A stretch of DNA of 64,000 nucleotides from a virus, in the IMG/VR virus record IMGVR_UViG_3300042562_001235, positions 1 through 64,000 of that record, one strand, 5' to 3'. Positions within the stretch are counted from its first letter, which is position 1; each line of letters opens with the position of its first letter. A model generated the notes under the pieces. The model saw only the letters and a program-made list of their open reading frames with translations. It searched no databases and had not been told where the DNA came from. Of this stretch, positions 38,405 through 47,476 are shown one piece after another. Position numbers and translations under genes: made by a program.

Positions 38405-38605
38405 ATGTGGAAAGTTTATTTATTGATGTTTATTGTGGTTGTTGCTTTATGTATTTTATGGGTTAACTCAATTACAAATATGCAAAAAAACCACCCTGAT
38501 TATAAAGGTGAAGATTGGTTAAATTGGAATGAGGATGACAAATTAGATATTAATCTTTGGGACAAAGAAGAAAAAGAAAATAGAAAAGATTATGACGAAA
38601 ATTAG
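38405..38605 (+). CDS. small membrane protein
   Basis: 66 aa with an N-terminal TM. Confidence 0.35.
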   Translation: MWKVYLLMFIVVVALCILWVNSITNMQKNHPDYKGEDWLNWNEDDKLDINLWDKEEKENRKDYDEN

Positions 38606-38616
38606 AATATTTTTGT

Positions 38617-38624
38617 TATCTTTG
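38617..38624 (+). promoter_or_regulatory. -7 promoter box TATCTTTG, 16 nt before ATG
   Basis: TAnnTTTG. Confidence 0.45.
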
Positions 38625-38640
38625 TAAAAAAATAGAACTA

Positions 38641-39345
38641 ATGAGAATAACACTTATTTCAGACACACACAACAAACACAAACAAATTACCGGTGATTTA
38701 CCGGGTGGTGATTTATTGGTACATAGTGGTGATATCTCTTCAATGGGTTACGAGCACGAAATCAGAGAGTTCTGTAAGTGGTTTAATGGTATTGAAGGTT
38801 ATACTCACAAGGTATTCATTGCAGGAAACCACGATTGGGGATTCCAAGACAACACTGAAGTAGTAAAAGAAATTTTGAAATTTTACTCAGGAATAACCTA
38901 TCTTCAAGATAGTGAATTAGTAATAAAAGTTGGTGATGAGAGAGAAGTTAAAATCTATGGTAGTCCTTGGCAACCTTGGTTTCACGATTGGGCTTTCAAT
39001 TTACAAAAAAATGGTATTGCTCTTTCAGGCAAATGGGAAGGAATTCCTGATGATACTGATATTTTACTAACTCACGGACCGGCCTTTGGAATATTAGACA
39101 CCGTTGATGGTAGAAGATACGATAATTTAGGTTGTGAGTTATTGGTTGAAAGATTAGAGAGATTAAACGTTAAAATTCATAATGTTGGTCATATCCACAC
39201 CGGTTATGGTTATGTTAGAAAAGGCGATACACACCATTTTAACTCAGCGGTTTTAGATGAGAGATATAATTATGCACAAAGACCAATGACTATTGATTGG
39301 AATCCGGATACAAACGAAGTAAATTTTATTGAAGATGGAAAATAA
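38641..39345 (+). CDS. calcineurin-like metallophosphoesterase (paralogue of 19288..19950)
   Basis: LISDTHNKH, LVHSGDIS, AGNHDW, GHIHTGYG. Confidence 0.65.
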   Translation: MRITLISDTHNKHKQITGDLPGGDLLVHSGDISSMGYEHEIREFCKWFNGIEGYTHKVFIAGNHDWGFQDNTEVVKEILKFYSGITYLQDSELVIKVGDEREVKIYGSPWQPWFHDWAFNLQKNGIALSGKWEGIPDDTDILLTHGPAFGILDTVDGRRYDNLGCELLVERLERLNVKIHNVGHIHTGYGYVRKGDTHHFNSAVLDERYNYAQRPMTIDWNPDTNEVNFIEDGK

Positions 39346-39625
39346 AAAAGATTTATTAATTTGTGATTGTCATTCAACTGAACATCAAATGGTTGTTCTA
39401 TACGCTGAGGACGAAATTGAGGGTATAACATATCCAACGGTTTATATTCACACACATTTAACCAAACGCCCATTTTGGCAGAGAGTTGGTTATGGTTTGA
39501 GATATATCTTTGGAAGACAATGTAGATACGGAGCATTTGATGAATTTATCTTTAATCCGGAAGATTCAGACAAATTACAAAATTTGGTTGATTATTTAAA
39601 AAGAGAACATAAAGGTGGTGAATAA
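39329..39625 (+). CDS. hypothetical protein
   Basis: 98-aa ORF followed by a terminator. Confidence 0.4.
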   Translation: MKMENKKDLLICDCHSTEHQMVVLYAEDEIEGITYPTVYIHTHLTKRPFWQRVGYGLRYIFGRQCRYGAFDEFIFNPEDSDKLQNLVDYLKREHKGGE

Positions 39626-39635
39626 CCACCTTTTG
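39614..39635 (+). terminator. rho-independent terminator (GGTGGTGAATAACCACC plus TTTT)
   Basis: Hairpin plus T-run. Confidence 0.55.
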
Positions 39636-39649
39636 TTGTATTTATTAGT

Positions 39650-40285
39650 ATGGCAGACCAAAGTAACTTTTCAAGATTTCCAAAAAAACAATTAGTTTTT
39701 ATTGCGAATAAACTTATCGAAGATGGATTTGAATGGGATGATATTACTCATAACTATGATGCTGTGTATTACGACAATGAAAATATTCTTTCAAAAATAT
39801 CCAAATATTTTGACGAATCAGTCGTAGAAGATGATGTCCAATTTTTTATGAAATTTTTGGAAATTAATAGTGGTTTGCTTTCTCAAATATCTAATGGAGA
39901 TAAGTCAATGATAGAACAACTTATAATCCCACAATCAAAAGATTATTTAGTTGAATATACTACTAATGGTACTTGCACATTTATCGAATATTATGAAACT
40001 CGTTTCTCATGTTACGATAAAGATTGGGTGACAGATTCTTTATATTCACAAAGAAACGATGGTAATTGGGATGTTTATTCCGGTAATTTAAAAAGTACCG
40101 ATTATGATAATTGGGAAATGAATGATTGGGGAATTGATAGAGTTAAAGAGGCTCCAAATAATGTCCAAGAATCTCGTAACCCAAGAAAATTATTAGAAAA
40201 TACCGAAAAACTCATTCCTAAATTAGACAAAGACACTCTTGTTAGTCTAAAATTTCTTATAGACAAACAATTAAGAAATCTTTGA
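39650..40285 (+). CDS. hypothetical protein
   Basis: 211-aa ORF. Confidence 0.5.
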   Translation: MADQSNFSRFPKKQLVFIANKLIEDGFEWDDITHNYDAVYYDNENILSKISKYFDESVVEDDVQFFMKFLEINSGLLSQISNGDKSMIEQLIIPQSKDYLVEYTTNGTCTFIEYYETRFSCYDKDWVTDSLYSQRNDGNWDVYSGNLKSTDYDNWEMNDWGIDRVKEAPNNVQESRNPRKLLENTEKLIPKLDKDTLVSLKFLIDKQLRNL

Positions 40286-40498
40286 TTTTCTTGTAGTTTT
40301 TTTCTTAGCTTCTTTTGCTAAATCTCCTAAAGTTTTCTTTTTAGATGGGTCAGACCATTCATACCCCTTTTTATGCCTAATTTCGACCTCTACAGGTCCA
40401 AAAGTTGTTATAGATGAGTCATATTTCCAAATGGTAGTACTTTGTTCATCCTCGTAAACTACTTGTCTTTTTGTATTTTTAGTAACTTCTATTGCCAT
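40271..40498 (-). CDS. small basic protein
   Basis: 75 aa, Lys-rich C-terminus. Confidence 0.4.
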   Translation of the reverse strand: MAIEVTKNTKRQVVYEDEQSTTIWKYDSSITTFGPVEVEIRHKKGYEWSDPSKKKTLGDLAKEAKKKTTRKSKIS

Positions 40499-40516
40499 AG
40501 GTGCAAAGATATAAAA

Positions 40517-41497
40517 TTATATTAAATCTTTCAATCTGTCACCATATAAATTTATAACTCTTTTTAAAAAAGCGTCAGGATTTTTTCTAATATACTCCAA
40601 AACATCATAACGAATATTTTTTGAATATTTTCCAAATAATTCAGCAATTTTATCAGCTTTTTGACCTCTTTCTTTGTTATACCTAAAGTTATTTATTTTA
40701 TTTACATCTATAATCGGAAAAGTAATAGTTTTTCTATTTCCTGATAGAGCATCATTATGAGATAATGATATCGAAGAACTAACTTTACCTGAATTTGCTT
40801 TTCTCAACAACATATCCATAACTTCTTCGTTATTTTTTACAGTGTATTCAATAACATTTCCCGTTTTAGGTAATACTCCAAATATCCAATTTACATTATT
40901 AAAAGAAACTTGCATCATTTGATTTTTATAAAAATCATATTCAGGTCCTTTTTTCATTAAATCATATGGTTTTTTAATACCTTCAACTGATAATGTATCA
41001 TCTTCTGAAATACCTTGTAACGCAACTTTTAAACCTTTATTTAATGACCCTAGTGAATATCTTTCCCCGGGAATTGTGAGTTTAACAGAATAAGGAACCC
41101 CTTCAATCATAATGTCAGCCATAGTACCTTCTCGATTACCTTCAGTTGTTGGTATTGCAACTCCACCGGTAAATAACCCAGCCATCAAACCTTCAAAGAA
41201 GAACCCACGACCATCAGTTTCCTCTTGTAAACTAATAAAATATTGATAAAATCGAATTCTATCAACCATTTTTTTAACATCTAAATTTAAATTAACGTCA
41301 GTCCCGTCAGTAGAAAAATCATAAGTACCAATACCCTCAGAATTTAATATTTTTGGTATAACCTTAGCCGCTTGTGTTTTACTTTTTGGAATTGGGGAAA
41401 TTGTCGGCATAACAACCTCTAAAGATTTTGCTACATCTACAATATTTTGTTCCTTCAAATATAATTTATATTGAGATTCGGTAATTTTAATTTTCAT
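40517..41497 (-). CDS. TES-leader family protein (N-terminus MKIKITESQYKLYLKEQ)
   Basis: Conserved N-terminal peptide shared with 7 other genes; TATTTATAAATATG motif at the start. Confidence 0.55.
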   Translation of the reverse strand: MKIKITESQYKLYLKEQNIVDVAKSLEVVMPTISPIPKSKTQAAKVIPKILNSEGIGTYDFSTDGTDVNLNLDVKKMVDRIRFYQYFISLQEETDGRGFFFEGLMAGLFTGGVAIPTTEGNREGTMADIMIEGVPYSVKLTIPGERYSLGSLNKGLKVALQGISEDDTLSVEGIKKPYDLMKKGPEYDFYKNQMMQVSFNNVNWIFGVLPKTGNVIEYTVKNNEEVMDMLLRKANSGKVSSSISLSHNDALSGNRKTITFPIIDVNKINNFRYNKERGQKADKIAELFGKYSKNIRYDVLEYIRKNPDAFLKRVINLYGDRLKDLI

Positions 41498-41519
41498 ATT
41501 TATAAATACCTCAATAAAT

Positions 41520-41548
41520 AAAAAACCCCTCGGTTAGGAGGGGTTAGT
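41520..41548 (-). terminator. rho-independent terminator (CCCCTCGGTTAGGAGGGG)
   Basis: Hairpin preceded by A6 on the + strand, which is a T-run on the minus strand. Confidence 0.6.
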
Positions 41549-41552
41549 TAAT

Positions 41553-41804
41553 TTACTCTTCAGTTTCTTCACCTTTGTTTTTGTTAATCCATTTGTCAAC
41601 CGAACCGATTCCAAATGAACCTAAAACTAACCACATAAAGGCGTTGAAGATAAACTCGTTTATTACTAGGTCTTGACCTAAATAACCTGTGACAATATCC
41701 GCAATTGCGAATATACTCATCATGATGAAGGCTAAAAAGCCAACAACACTTTTTTCATTAATTGAGTTCTCATCATTGAATAACTCGCTAAAAAATTTTT
41801 TCAT
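41553..41804 (-). CDS. small two-TM membrane protein
   Basis: 83 aa, hydrophobic. Confidence 0.45.
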   Translation of the reverse strand: MKKFFSELFNDENSINEKSVVGFLAFIMMSIFAIADIVTGYLGQDLVINEFIFNAFMWLVLGSFGIGSVDKWINKNKGEETEE

Positions 41805-41869
41805 AGTATTTGGTAATTTACTTAATAATAAATATCAAAAAAAGACTATTTATCTAAAAAACTTATAAC

Positions 41870-42017
41870 ATGGCAAAAGTTAATACAGGTTCAAATTCAT
41901 CAGTTAAATTAGAGACTTCAAAAGTTAGTCGTCCGGGGGTTCATTCAAAAACTAAGACATCTAAGTTAAAACAATCTAAAAACTACAAGAAATCATATAA
42001 AGGGCAAGGAAAATAAC
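41870..42017 (+). CDS. small basic Lys/Ser-rich protein (48 aa; not in ORF track)
   Basis: ATG at 41870 through TAA at 42015: MAKVNTGSNSSVKLETSKVSRPGVHSKTKTSKLKQSKNYKKSYKGQGK. Confidence 0.3.
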
Positions 42018-42053
42018 CTATCTTAATTATAAAATTTTGTTATATTTCTTATT

Positions 42054-42341
42054 ATGCTAGATAAGAAACGAAGGTTCTTTCGCCTAATAGAAAGTTATAT
42101 TAATGATTTCCGTGGAGACGCAGTTAGGGAATTCTATGGGGATAAGGCACGAATAAAAATTCATACAATGACTCATAGTTTTTCAACAAATGTTTTATTA
42201 TTTGAAATTGTGGTTGTTTTAGGGGAGACAATTAACGAATCTGTTATGGATGACACACTTGCAAGTGTTTTAATTCAAGATTCTATGGTATATTTTTACC
42301 CTGAATCTAAAATACAAACTTATGTAAGGTTTGATTCTTAA
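42054..42341 (+). CDS. hypothetical protein
   Basis: 95-aa ORF. Confidence 0.4.
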   Translation: MLDKKRRFFRLIESYINDFRGDAVREFYGDKARIKIHTMTHSFSTNVLLFEIVVVLGETINESVMDDTLASVLIQDSMVYFYPESKIQTYVRFDS

Positions 42342-42649
42342 ATATTTTTACTACTTTTCAATGTTGCGTGAAGTTCGTTGTTTTCTTTTTGTAAGAATTC
42401 AACTTTAATTGCTAATTGAGCAACTGATTCTGTTAGTTTTAAGATAGTTTCTCTCATAATATCCTTCTCTTTACTACTTTCTTGTAATAATACTTCTAAT
42501 TTACCAATTCTATCTCTACAATCGTGTCTGACAAAATCTTCATCTTTTTCTTTTCTTAACGCTCTTTTTTCGTAAAATCTCCAAGCACTTGCAGAACCTA
42601 ATACGGTCAACGCTGTAATTAAGACGGTCCAAACTGATTCATTTTGCAT
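42338..42649 (-). CDS. hypothetical membrane-anchored coiled-coil protein
   Basis: N-terminal TM followed by a coiled-coil. Confidence 0.4.
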   Translation of the reverse strand: MQNESVWTVLITALTVLGSASAWRFYEKRALRKEKDEDFVRHDCRDRIGKLEVLLQESSKEKDIMRETILKLTESVAQLAIKVEFLQKENNELHATLKSSKNI

Positions 42650-42805
42650 ATTTTAAACTATTTCTAAATAAATATACGATTGTTGATAAAAACATGAAAC
42701 TTTGGTCGGGAAGGGAATAATTATTATTCTTAAAAGAATAATAATATAATAATAAAATATAATAAAAAAGTAAAAAAGAAAAATAAGCACTAGTACTAGA
42801 ACTAG

Positions 42806-43105
42806 TTAGGCGAAATCTACACAACATTCAAAACCTAACACACCCTCCAAAGTTTCTTGGACATTTGTTGGTCTATAAGATTCTCTCGGTAATGGTGATT
42901 TAATTTGGACAAACAATGCAAATGAATCCGGAACCCATTTACTTAAATTTTTATCATACTTAAACGTGGGTGTCATATCAAAATCACATATTGTAACCCC
43001 GCTATATGAAATCCCTAAAACCGTTTCACATAATCGTTTTACTCTATCTTTGTCCATGTCATATCTGAATTTAGAATGACAGAATAAACGTGTTTCTGTC
43101 TCCAC
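42806..43105 (-). CDS. hypothetical protein (overlaps 43039..43422 in the -1 frame)
   Basis: 99 aa; 67-nt overlap with the upstream gene. Confidence 0.35.
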   Translation of the reverse strand: METETRLFCHSKFRYDMDKDRVKRLCETVLGISYSGVTICDFDMTPTFKYDKNLSKWVPDSFALFVQIKSPLPRESYRPTNVQETLEGVLGFECCVDFA

Positions 43106-43422
43106 GTATTGGGTTCGATTAGAGATAAGAACTTATTACCTTTAACATCTTCATAGAGGTGGTAAATTTGACCAATAATGGGTTCAAAACGATAAGATGA
43201 CTCATAGACCTCTTGGTTAAGAATAAATGAATTATAAAGGTTCTCTGCGTCTCGCATGAGTTCTTTATATTTTGTGTCATAAATTTTGTTCACCCGGTCG
43301 GTCCCGTTTTTCTTAAATGATGTTAAGTCGGGTACATCTATCTTTGGGGCACCAACATGGGATGGGTACGAAAGTAAATTCGCCTTTAACTCTACCTTGT
43401 CGATGTGTGATTGTGTTGACAT
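43039..43422 (-). CDS. hypothetical protein
   Basis: 127-aa ORF. Confidence 0.45.
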   Translation of the reverse strand: MSTQSHIDKVELKANLLSYPSHVGAPKIDVPDLTSFKKNGTDRVNKIYDTKYKELMRDAENLYNSFILNQEVYESSYRFEPIIGQIYHLYEDVKGNKFLSLIEPNTWRQKHVYSVILNSDMTWTKIE

Positions 43423-43482
43423 AAAAAAAAAGTGTCCCTAATAGGAACACTAATTATAAATTATATTTTTTGAAAGTTCAAC

Positions 43483-43983
43483 TTATTGACCTTTAATCAT
43501 TGAGATACCGTGTTTCAGGAATTCTTTAGCTCTTGCAGATACATGATTCATCATATAAACCTTTTCGATGTCTTTGACTAACTCTTCACCATGTTCATTC
43601 TCCTTATAAAGTTCAATGATTTTATCCATAGCTTTATTACACTCTTTCTTTGTTTCATCAAAATAGTTGTAAGGTTTGAATCCCTTTAAATGATTCATAA
43701 TTTCAGACGCTAAATGTTCTCCACCATCCGAAACTTTTGGGTGTAATCTAAGAGTTTTCAATAATTCAAGTTTATCAACTAATCCGTTAACACCATTTCT
43801 TCTAATTGTAACACCATCAATATAATCTTCTGATTCATCGTCACCCATTATATCATCCAATGTTTTAACATTTCCACCGTGGCAGAATTTTCTATCTTCT
43901 TTTTCTTCAGATTGTTCAATCATATAAAGTTTCTTGATTGAATCAATTTCTGATTCCGTAATTGTAAATCTTTTAGTTCCCAT
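43483..43983 (-). CDS. TES-leader family protein (MGTKRFTITESEIDSIKKLYMIEQ)
   Basis: N-terminal peptide related to the RLTESDL group; TATTTATAGACATG at the start. Confidence 0.5.
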   Translation of the reverse strand: MGTKRFTITESEIDSIKKLYMIEQSEEKEDRKFCHGGNVKTLDDIMGDDESEDYIDGVTIRRNGVNGLVDKLELLKTLRLHPKVSDGGEHLASEIMNHLKGFKPYNYFDETKKECNKAMDKIIELYKENEHGEELVKDIEKVYMMNHVSARAKEFLKHGISMIKGQ

Positions 43984-44003
43984 GTCTATAAATATATCAA
44001 TAA

Positions 44004-44723
44004 TTATATTATTTCATGAAGAAACCTCATTTTTTCTTCGTTAGTTAGTTCTTCTGTTGTAAAAGAGAATGGGTCATACCCTAAAGTTAGGAAAAATTGT
44101 TTATGATATTCATAAACTTTTTGTGCGGTTTTAAATGTATAAACGGAATTAAATTTAAAAGGATGTGTAGTTATATATTCATTTTTTGTTAAATAATTTT
44201 TAATATAACCTGAAGACCATAATGGACTTCCACTAATAAAATCAATTTTACCCATATCCTCAACAATATTTTCAATACGAATATAATTTTTAGGTATCGT
44301 TGTGTCAAAATTATATTTTGAAATATAATTCTCAATAACTGATTGTCTAGGACCAATATAATTGTTTAATTTCGGTATTATTTTTTTTATTTTAAATAAT
44401 TCGTCAATAAAATTTGAAAATGTAAAAACAGTTTGGTCATGATTATATTTATCATAAACAGAAGATACACCAACATTTACAAACTTTAAATAAATCCCTA
44501 AGATACGGTCATATGGGTTCCTAATACTACTTACAACTTGGTAATCATTAAATTTTTCAGGTGGTAATATTATCTGATGAGATTGATATGAATTCCCAAC
44601 AGTTGATTTTGGGTAGTTAAGAATAAACTCAAAATCGAAATGTTTAAAAATATGTGCGGTCGCTTTAGTGCCACATCTTTCAGGTGCCCACCAAATTGTT
44701 TTATGTTTGTGAGAAATATTCAT
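44004..44723 (-). CDS. hypothetical protein (weak P-loop/sulfotransferase-like N-terminal motif)
   Basis: WWAPERCGTKAT loosely resembles the PKxGTT 5'-PSB motif. Not assertable. Confidence 0.4.
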   Translation of the reverse strand: MNISHKHKTIWWAPERCGTKATAHIFKHFDFEFILNYPKSTVGNSYQSHQIILPPEKFNDYQVVSSIRNPYDRILGIYLKFVNVGVSSVYDKYNHDQTVFTFSNFIDELFKIKKIIPKLNNYIGPRQSVIENYISKYNFDTTIPKNYIRIENIVEDMGKIDFISGSPLWSSGYIKNYLTKNEYITTHPFKFNSVYTFKTAQKVYEYHKQFFLTLGYDPFSFTTEELTNEEKMRFLHEII

Positions 44724-44740
44724 ATTAGGTATTTATTTGT

Positions 44741-45382
44741 ATGAAAAACATTATTTTAACTTTAGGATTTATTCTAATGTCTTCACTATTATTTAGCCAA
44801 GATACTATTAGAATCAAACACACTAATTATACGACAGTATTTAGTAAAACTAAACATTACCCGGTCTTAGTTGAGTGGTGGACGACAAAGTCCATGGTTA
44901 CTTGTAAAACTCCTCTCAAACGAAAAGATAATTTTAAACCGGACCCTCAATTGCCAAAAGAAACAGATTTATTAAAAGATTATGTTGGTAGTGGTACCGA
45001 CCGAGGTCATATGATGCCAGCGGCAGATAATCTTTGTCAAACACCACAAGTTCAAGATGAATGTTTTTACTTTTCAAATATGTCAGCACAATATCACTCG
45101 TTAAATGCTGGTGATTGGAAGTCATTAGAAACATTAACTCGTAAGTTGGCAACTGAACAAGACAGTATTAAAGTTTGGTGTGGGAATGTTGGTGAGATTA
45201 AGAGAATTGGTAGAGTCTCAGTTCCTAAACAATGTTGGAAAGTTGTTTACATTAAAAAAAGTAACACATACTACTCATATCTTTTTGATAACACTACAAA
45301 TAAACCAGATGGGATTGAAAATAATTTAGTTAAAATTGAAGTCATTGAGAAGTTAACCGGATTTAAATTTAATGTAAAATAA
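44741..45382 (+). CDS. secreted DNA/RNA non-specific endonuclease (Endonuclease_NS/NUC family)
   Basis: Signal peptide. Active-site motif GSGTDRGHMMPAADN (Serratia nuclease DRGH) and downstream N...N..W. Confidence 0.7.
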   Translation: MKNIILTLGFILMSSLLFSQDTIRIKHTNYTTVFSKTKHYPVLVEWWTTKSMVTCKTPLKRKDNFKPDPQLPKETDLLKDYVGSGTDRGHMMPAADNLCQTPQVQDECFYFSNMSAQYHSLNAGDWKSLETLTRKLATEQDSIKVWCGNVGEIKRIGRVSVPKQCWKVVYIKKSNTYYSYLFDNTTNKPDGIENNLVKIEVIEKLTGFKFNVK

Positions 45383-45412
45383 AATAACCCCTCTTCGGAG
45401 GGGTTATTTATT
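45383..45412. terminator. bidirectional terminator (AACCCCTCTTCGGAGGGGTT)
   Basis: GC stem with a TTCG loop between convergent genes. Confidence 0.65.
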
Positions 45413-45602
45413 AATATAATTTTTGTGAATCATTAAAGAGTCTTTTCATTTTAGCTTCGATTAAATTGATTTTTTGTTGGTCAGCATCTGAAACCTCAAA
45501 ATTTTCAGCCTTAATTTGTCTTACTTCTTCTTGCATTCTTTGATATCTCATTATCATATCATTATACAATCTTGCTTTTTCGTCTTGGGTTAAATTCGCC
45601 AT
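45411..45602 (-). CDS. hypothetical protein
   Basis: 63-aa ORF. Confidence 0.35.
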   Translation of the reverse strand: MANLTQDEKARLYNDMIMRYQRMQEEVRQIKAENFEVSDADQQKINLIEAKMKRLFNDSQKLY

Positions 45603-45647
45603 ATTTTTGTCTTTTTATTAAATGTATTATTTTTTTTTGGATTGTAA

Positions 45648-45857
45648 CTACTCTTTTGTTTCTTTTTTATGTTTTTTCCATTCCAACCAAAAAGCAACCA
45701 ACACCAAAATATTCATTCCAAATGACGCGATTATTTCATGGATATCTTCATAAACATTCACAGTTAAATGTACGTGACCAACAACCCAAAATGGAACCGC
45801 TAAATTGGAACCCATCCAAACTATTGCAAATTTTAAAAAATCCATATTAAAAATCAT
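45648..45857 (-). CDS. small membrane protein
   Basis: 69 aa, two hydrophobic helices. Confidence 0.35.
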   Translation of the reverse strand: MIFNMDFLKFAIVWMGSNLAVPFWVVGHVHLTVNVYEDIHEIIASFGMNILVLVAFWLEWKKHKKETKE

Positions 45858-46179
45858 TAGTTTTAATCATATCCATATTTGTATTGAACACACTAAACCT
45901 TATTAATGTCTTATCGTTATCGATACCAAGATAAGGTAATAATCTTCTTACATGGTGGTCAACCATCCAATGTTCATCAAATTGGGGAATGTTCCCAAAA
46001 ACATCACCATATTCTATAGGTTGATTCAAATAAATGTTTAGATGTAAAGTATCCTCAAGGACATCTAAAGGTTTATTACTATTGTGAACTTCGATTTTAT
46101 CGACAATAGGATAAATGTTTTTGATAACATCACTATTAAGTAATTTTTCAAGTCCTTTTATTTGTGTGTTCTCTATCAT
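45847..46179 (-). CDS. hypothetical protein
   Basis: 110-aa ORF. Confidence 0.45.
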   Translation of the reverse strand: MIENTQIKGLEKLLNSDVIKNIYPIVDKIEVHNSNKPLDVLEDTLHLNIYLNQPIEYGDVFGNIPQFDEHWMVDHHVRRLLPYLGIDNDKTLIRFSVFNTNMDMIKTNDF

Positions 46180-46538
46180 AAGTAATAATCTATTGTGTTA
46201 ACGGGAATTTTAAACGTTTCGACAAACCACTCTTTAAACCCTTCTTTCCAATTATCATTAAAATAACCTTCTAATGAGTTAAGAAGTCCTTGGTCTTCAA
46301 TATACAACATTGGACTTAGTGGTTTTCGGTAATCTGAAGCTCCGGTCCAATAGTCTTCACCATATAACCTGAACAATGTTTCATCATCCATATAATCACC
46401 AAGATAAAATTCAATAGCGTCTTGTTCGTCTCCATCCTCAGTTAAATGAGTCCAATTAATATTCTCAACATCAAGAGTACTATTTAAATAGTTTTTTACC
46501 GTTTGATTTAATTTACTTTCCGTTATTATGTATTTCAT
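46176..46538 (-). CDS. TES-leader family protein (MKYIITESKLNQTVKNYLNS)
   Basis: Conserved N-terminal peptide. Confidence 0.55.
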   Translation of the reverse strand: MKYIITESKLNQTVKNYLNSTLDVENINWTHLTEDGDEQDAIEFYLGDYMDDETLFRLYGEDYWTGASDYRKPLSPMLYIEDQGLLNSLEGYFNDNWKEGFKEWFVETFKIPVNTIDYYL

Positions 46539-46539
46539 T

Positions 46540-46809
46540 TTAAACTTCTAAATATTGCCAAGTCACGCCTAACCAATAGTCACGCCCTTCTCTTAATCCG
46601 GTATATCCGGTAACAGACTCAATTAACGTGTCCATTTCATTTCCGTTGTTGTAATTACTAGCGTCATAAACCAATTCAAAATAAGGATAATCACCATCAT
46701 AAGTTGACCTCATTTCTTTTATGATATTAAGAACTGGTTGTGGGTGAACAGTACTATGAGCAAAAAAAGCGTCTAATAATTTTTCAACTTTTTTACTATC
46801 CTTTTTCAT
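46540..46809 (-). CDS. hypothetical protein
   Basis: 89-aa ORF. Confidence 0.45.
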   Translation of the reverse strand: MKKDSKKVEKLLDAFFAHSTVHPQPVLNIIKEMRSTYDGDYPYFELVYDASNYNNGNEMDTLIESVTGYTGLREGRDYWLGVTWQYLEV

Positions 46810-46810
46810 G

Positions 46811-47419
46811 TTATGCGATATATGGTGGTTTTGGACTACTTCCTTTTAAATAACCATCTGCAACTTTGGCCAATAAATCACCTGTACCCCAAGTTTTAAG
46901 TCCTTTCATTCTAGATAACTCAAATAGACCTACATCATTTTTAAGACCATCAATAATATCATTATATCTTCCATTTTTTAATGTCTTACAAGTAGATTGA
47001 ATACCATCTCCCTGTGTTTGGTAATTTTTTACACCAACACTATTATAATTTGTTGCCCCAGCCATTTTTTGTGTAGTGTTAAATGGATTATTAGTAGCCT
47101 TACCACCTTCCGCTTGTCTCCAAGCATACATAAATGACATATTATCTTTAGTAGGTTTTGCACCAACACATGATAAAACTTCTTTATAGAAATCATCATC
47201 TGTTGTTGTTATTGATTTTATATCACTTTCTTTATCACCTAACATTGACGGATTGTCCTTAATTTTATCAGTTGAATCTGTAGAAGTGGATGATTTAGGA
47301 TTCAATATTTTACCTACATAATCTTTAATGATGTCAGCAGCATTTTTACCTGTTACTTGTTTTGAAATCATATCAATTAAATCTTGTTCAGTTAACCTAA
47401 CTTTATATTTTTTTCCCAT
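46811..47419 (-). CDS. TES-leader family protein (MGKKYKVRLTEQDLIDMISKQV)
   Basis: N-terminus related to MKKIIRLTESDL; CTATTTATAGATATG at the start. Confidence 0.5.
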   Translation of the reverse strand: MGKKYKVRLTEQDLIDMISKQVTGKNAADIIKDYVGKILNPKSSTSTDSTDKIKDNPSMLGDKESDIKSITTTDDDFYKEVLSCVGAKPTKDNMSFMYAWRQAEGGKATNNPFNTTQKMAGATNYNSVGVKNYQTQGDGIQSTCKTLKNGRYNDIIDGLKNDVGLFELSRMKGLKTWGTGDLLAKVADGYLKGSSPKPPYIA

Positions 47420-47449
47420 ATCTATAAATAGTTTTATTATATAAATATA

Positions 47450-47476
47450 ACAAAACCCCCATACGGGGGTTTTTTT
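47450..47476. terminator. bidirectional terminator (CCCCCATACGGGGG plus T7)
   Basis: Hairpin flanked by an A-run and a T-run. Confidence 0.65.

Noticed and set aside
44004-44723. Sulfotransferase assignment
   Set aside because: Only a loose resemblance of WWAPERCGTKAT to the PAPS 5'-phosphosulfate-binding loop; no 3'-PB motif was found. Too weak to call.
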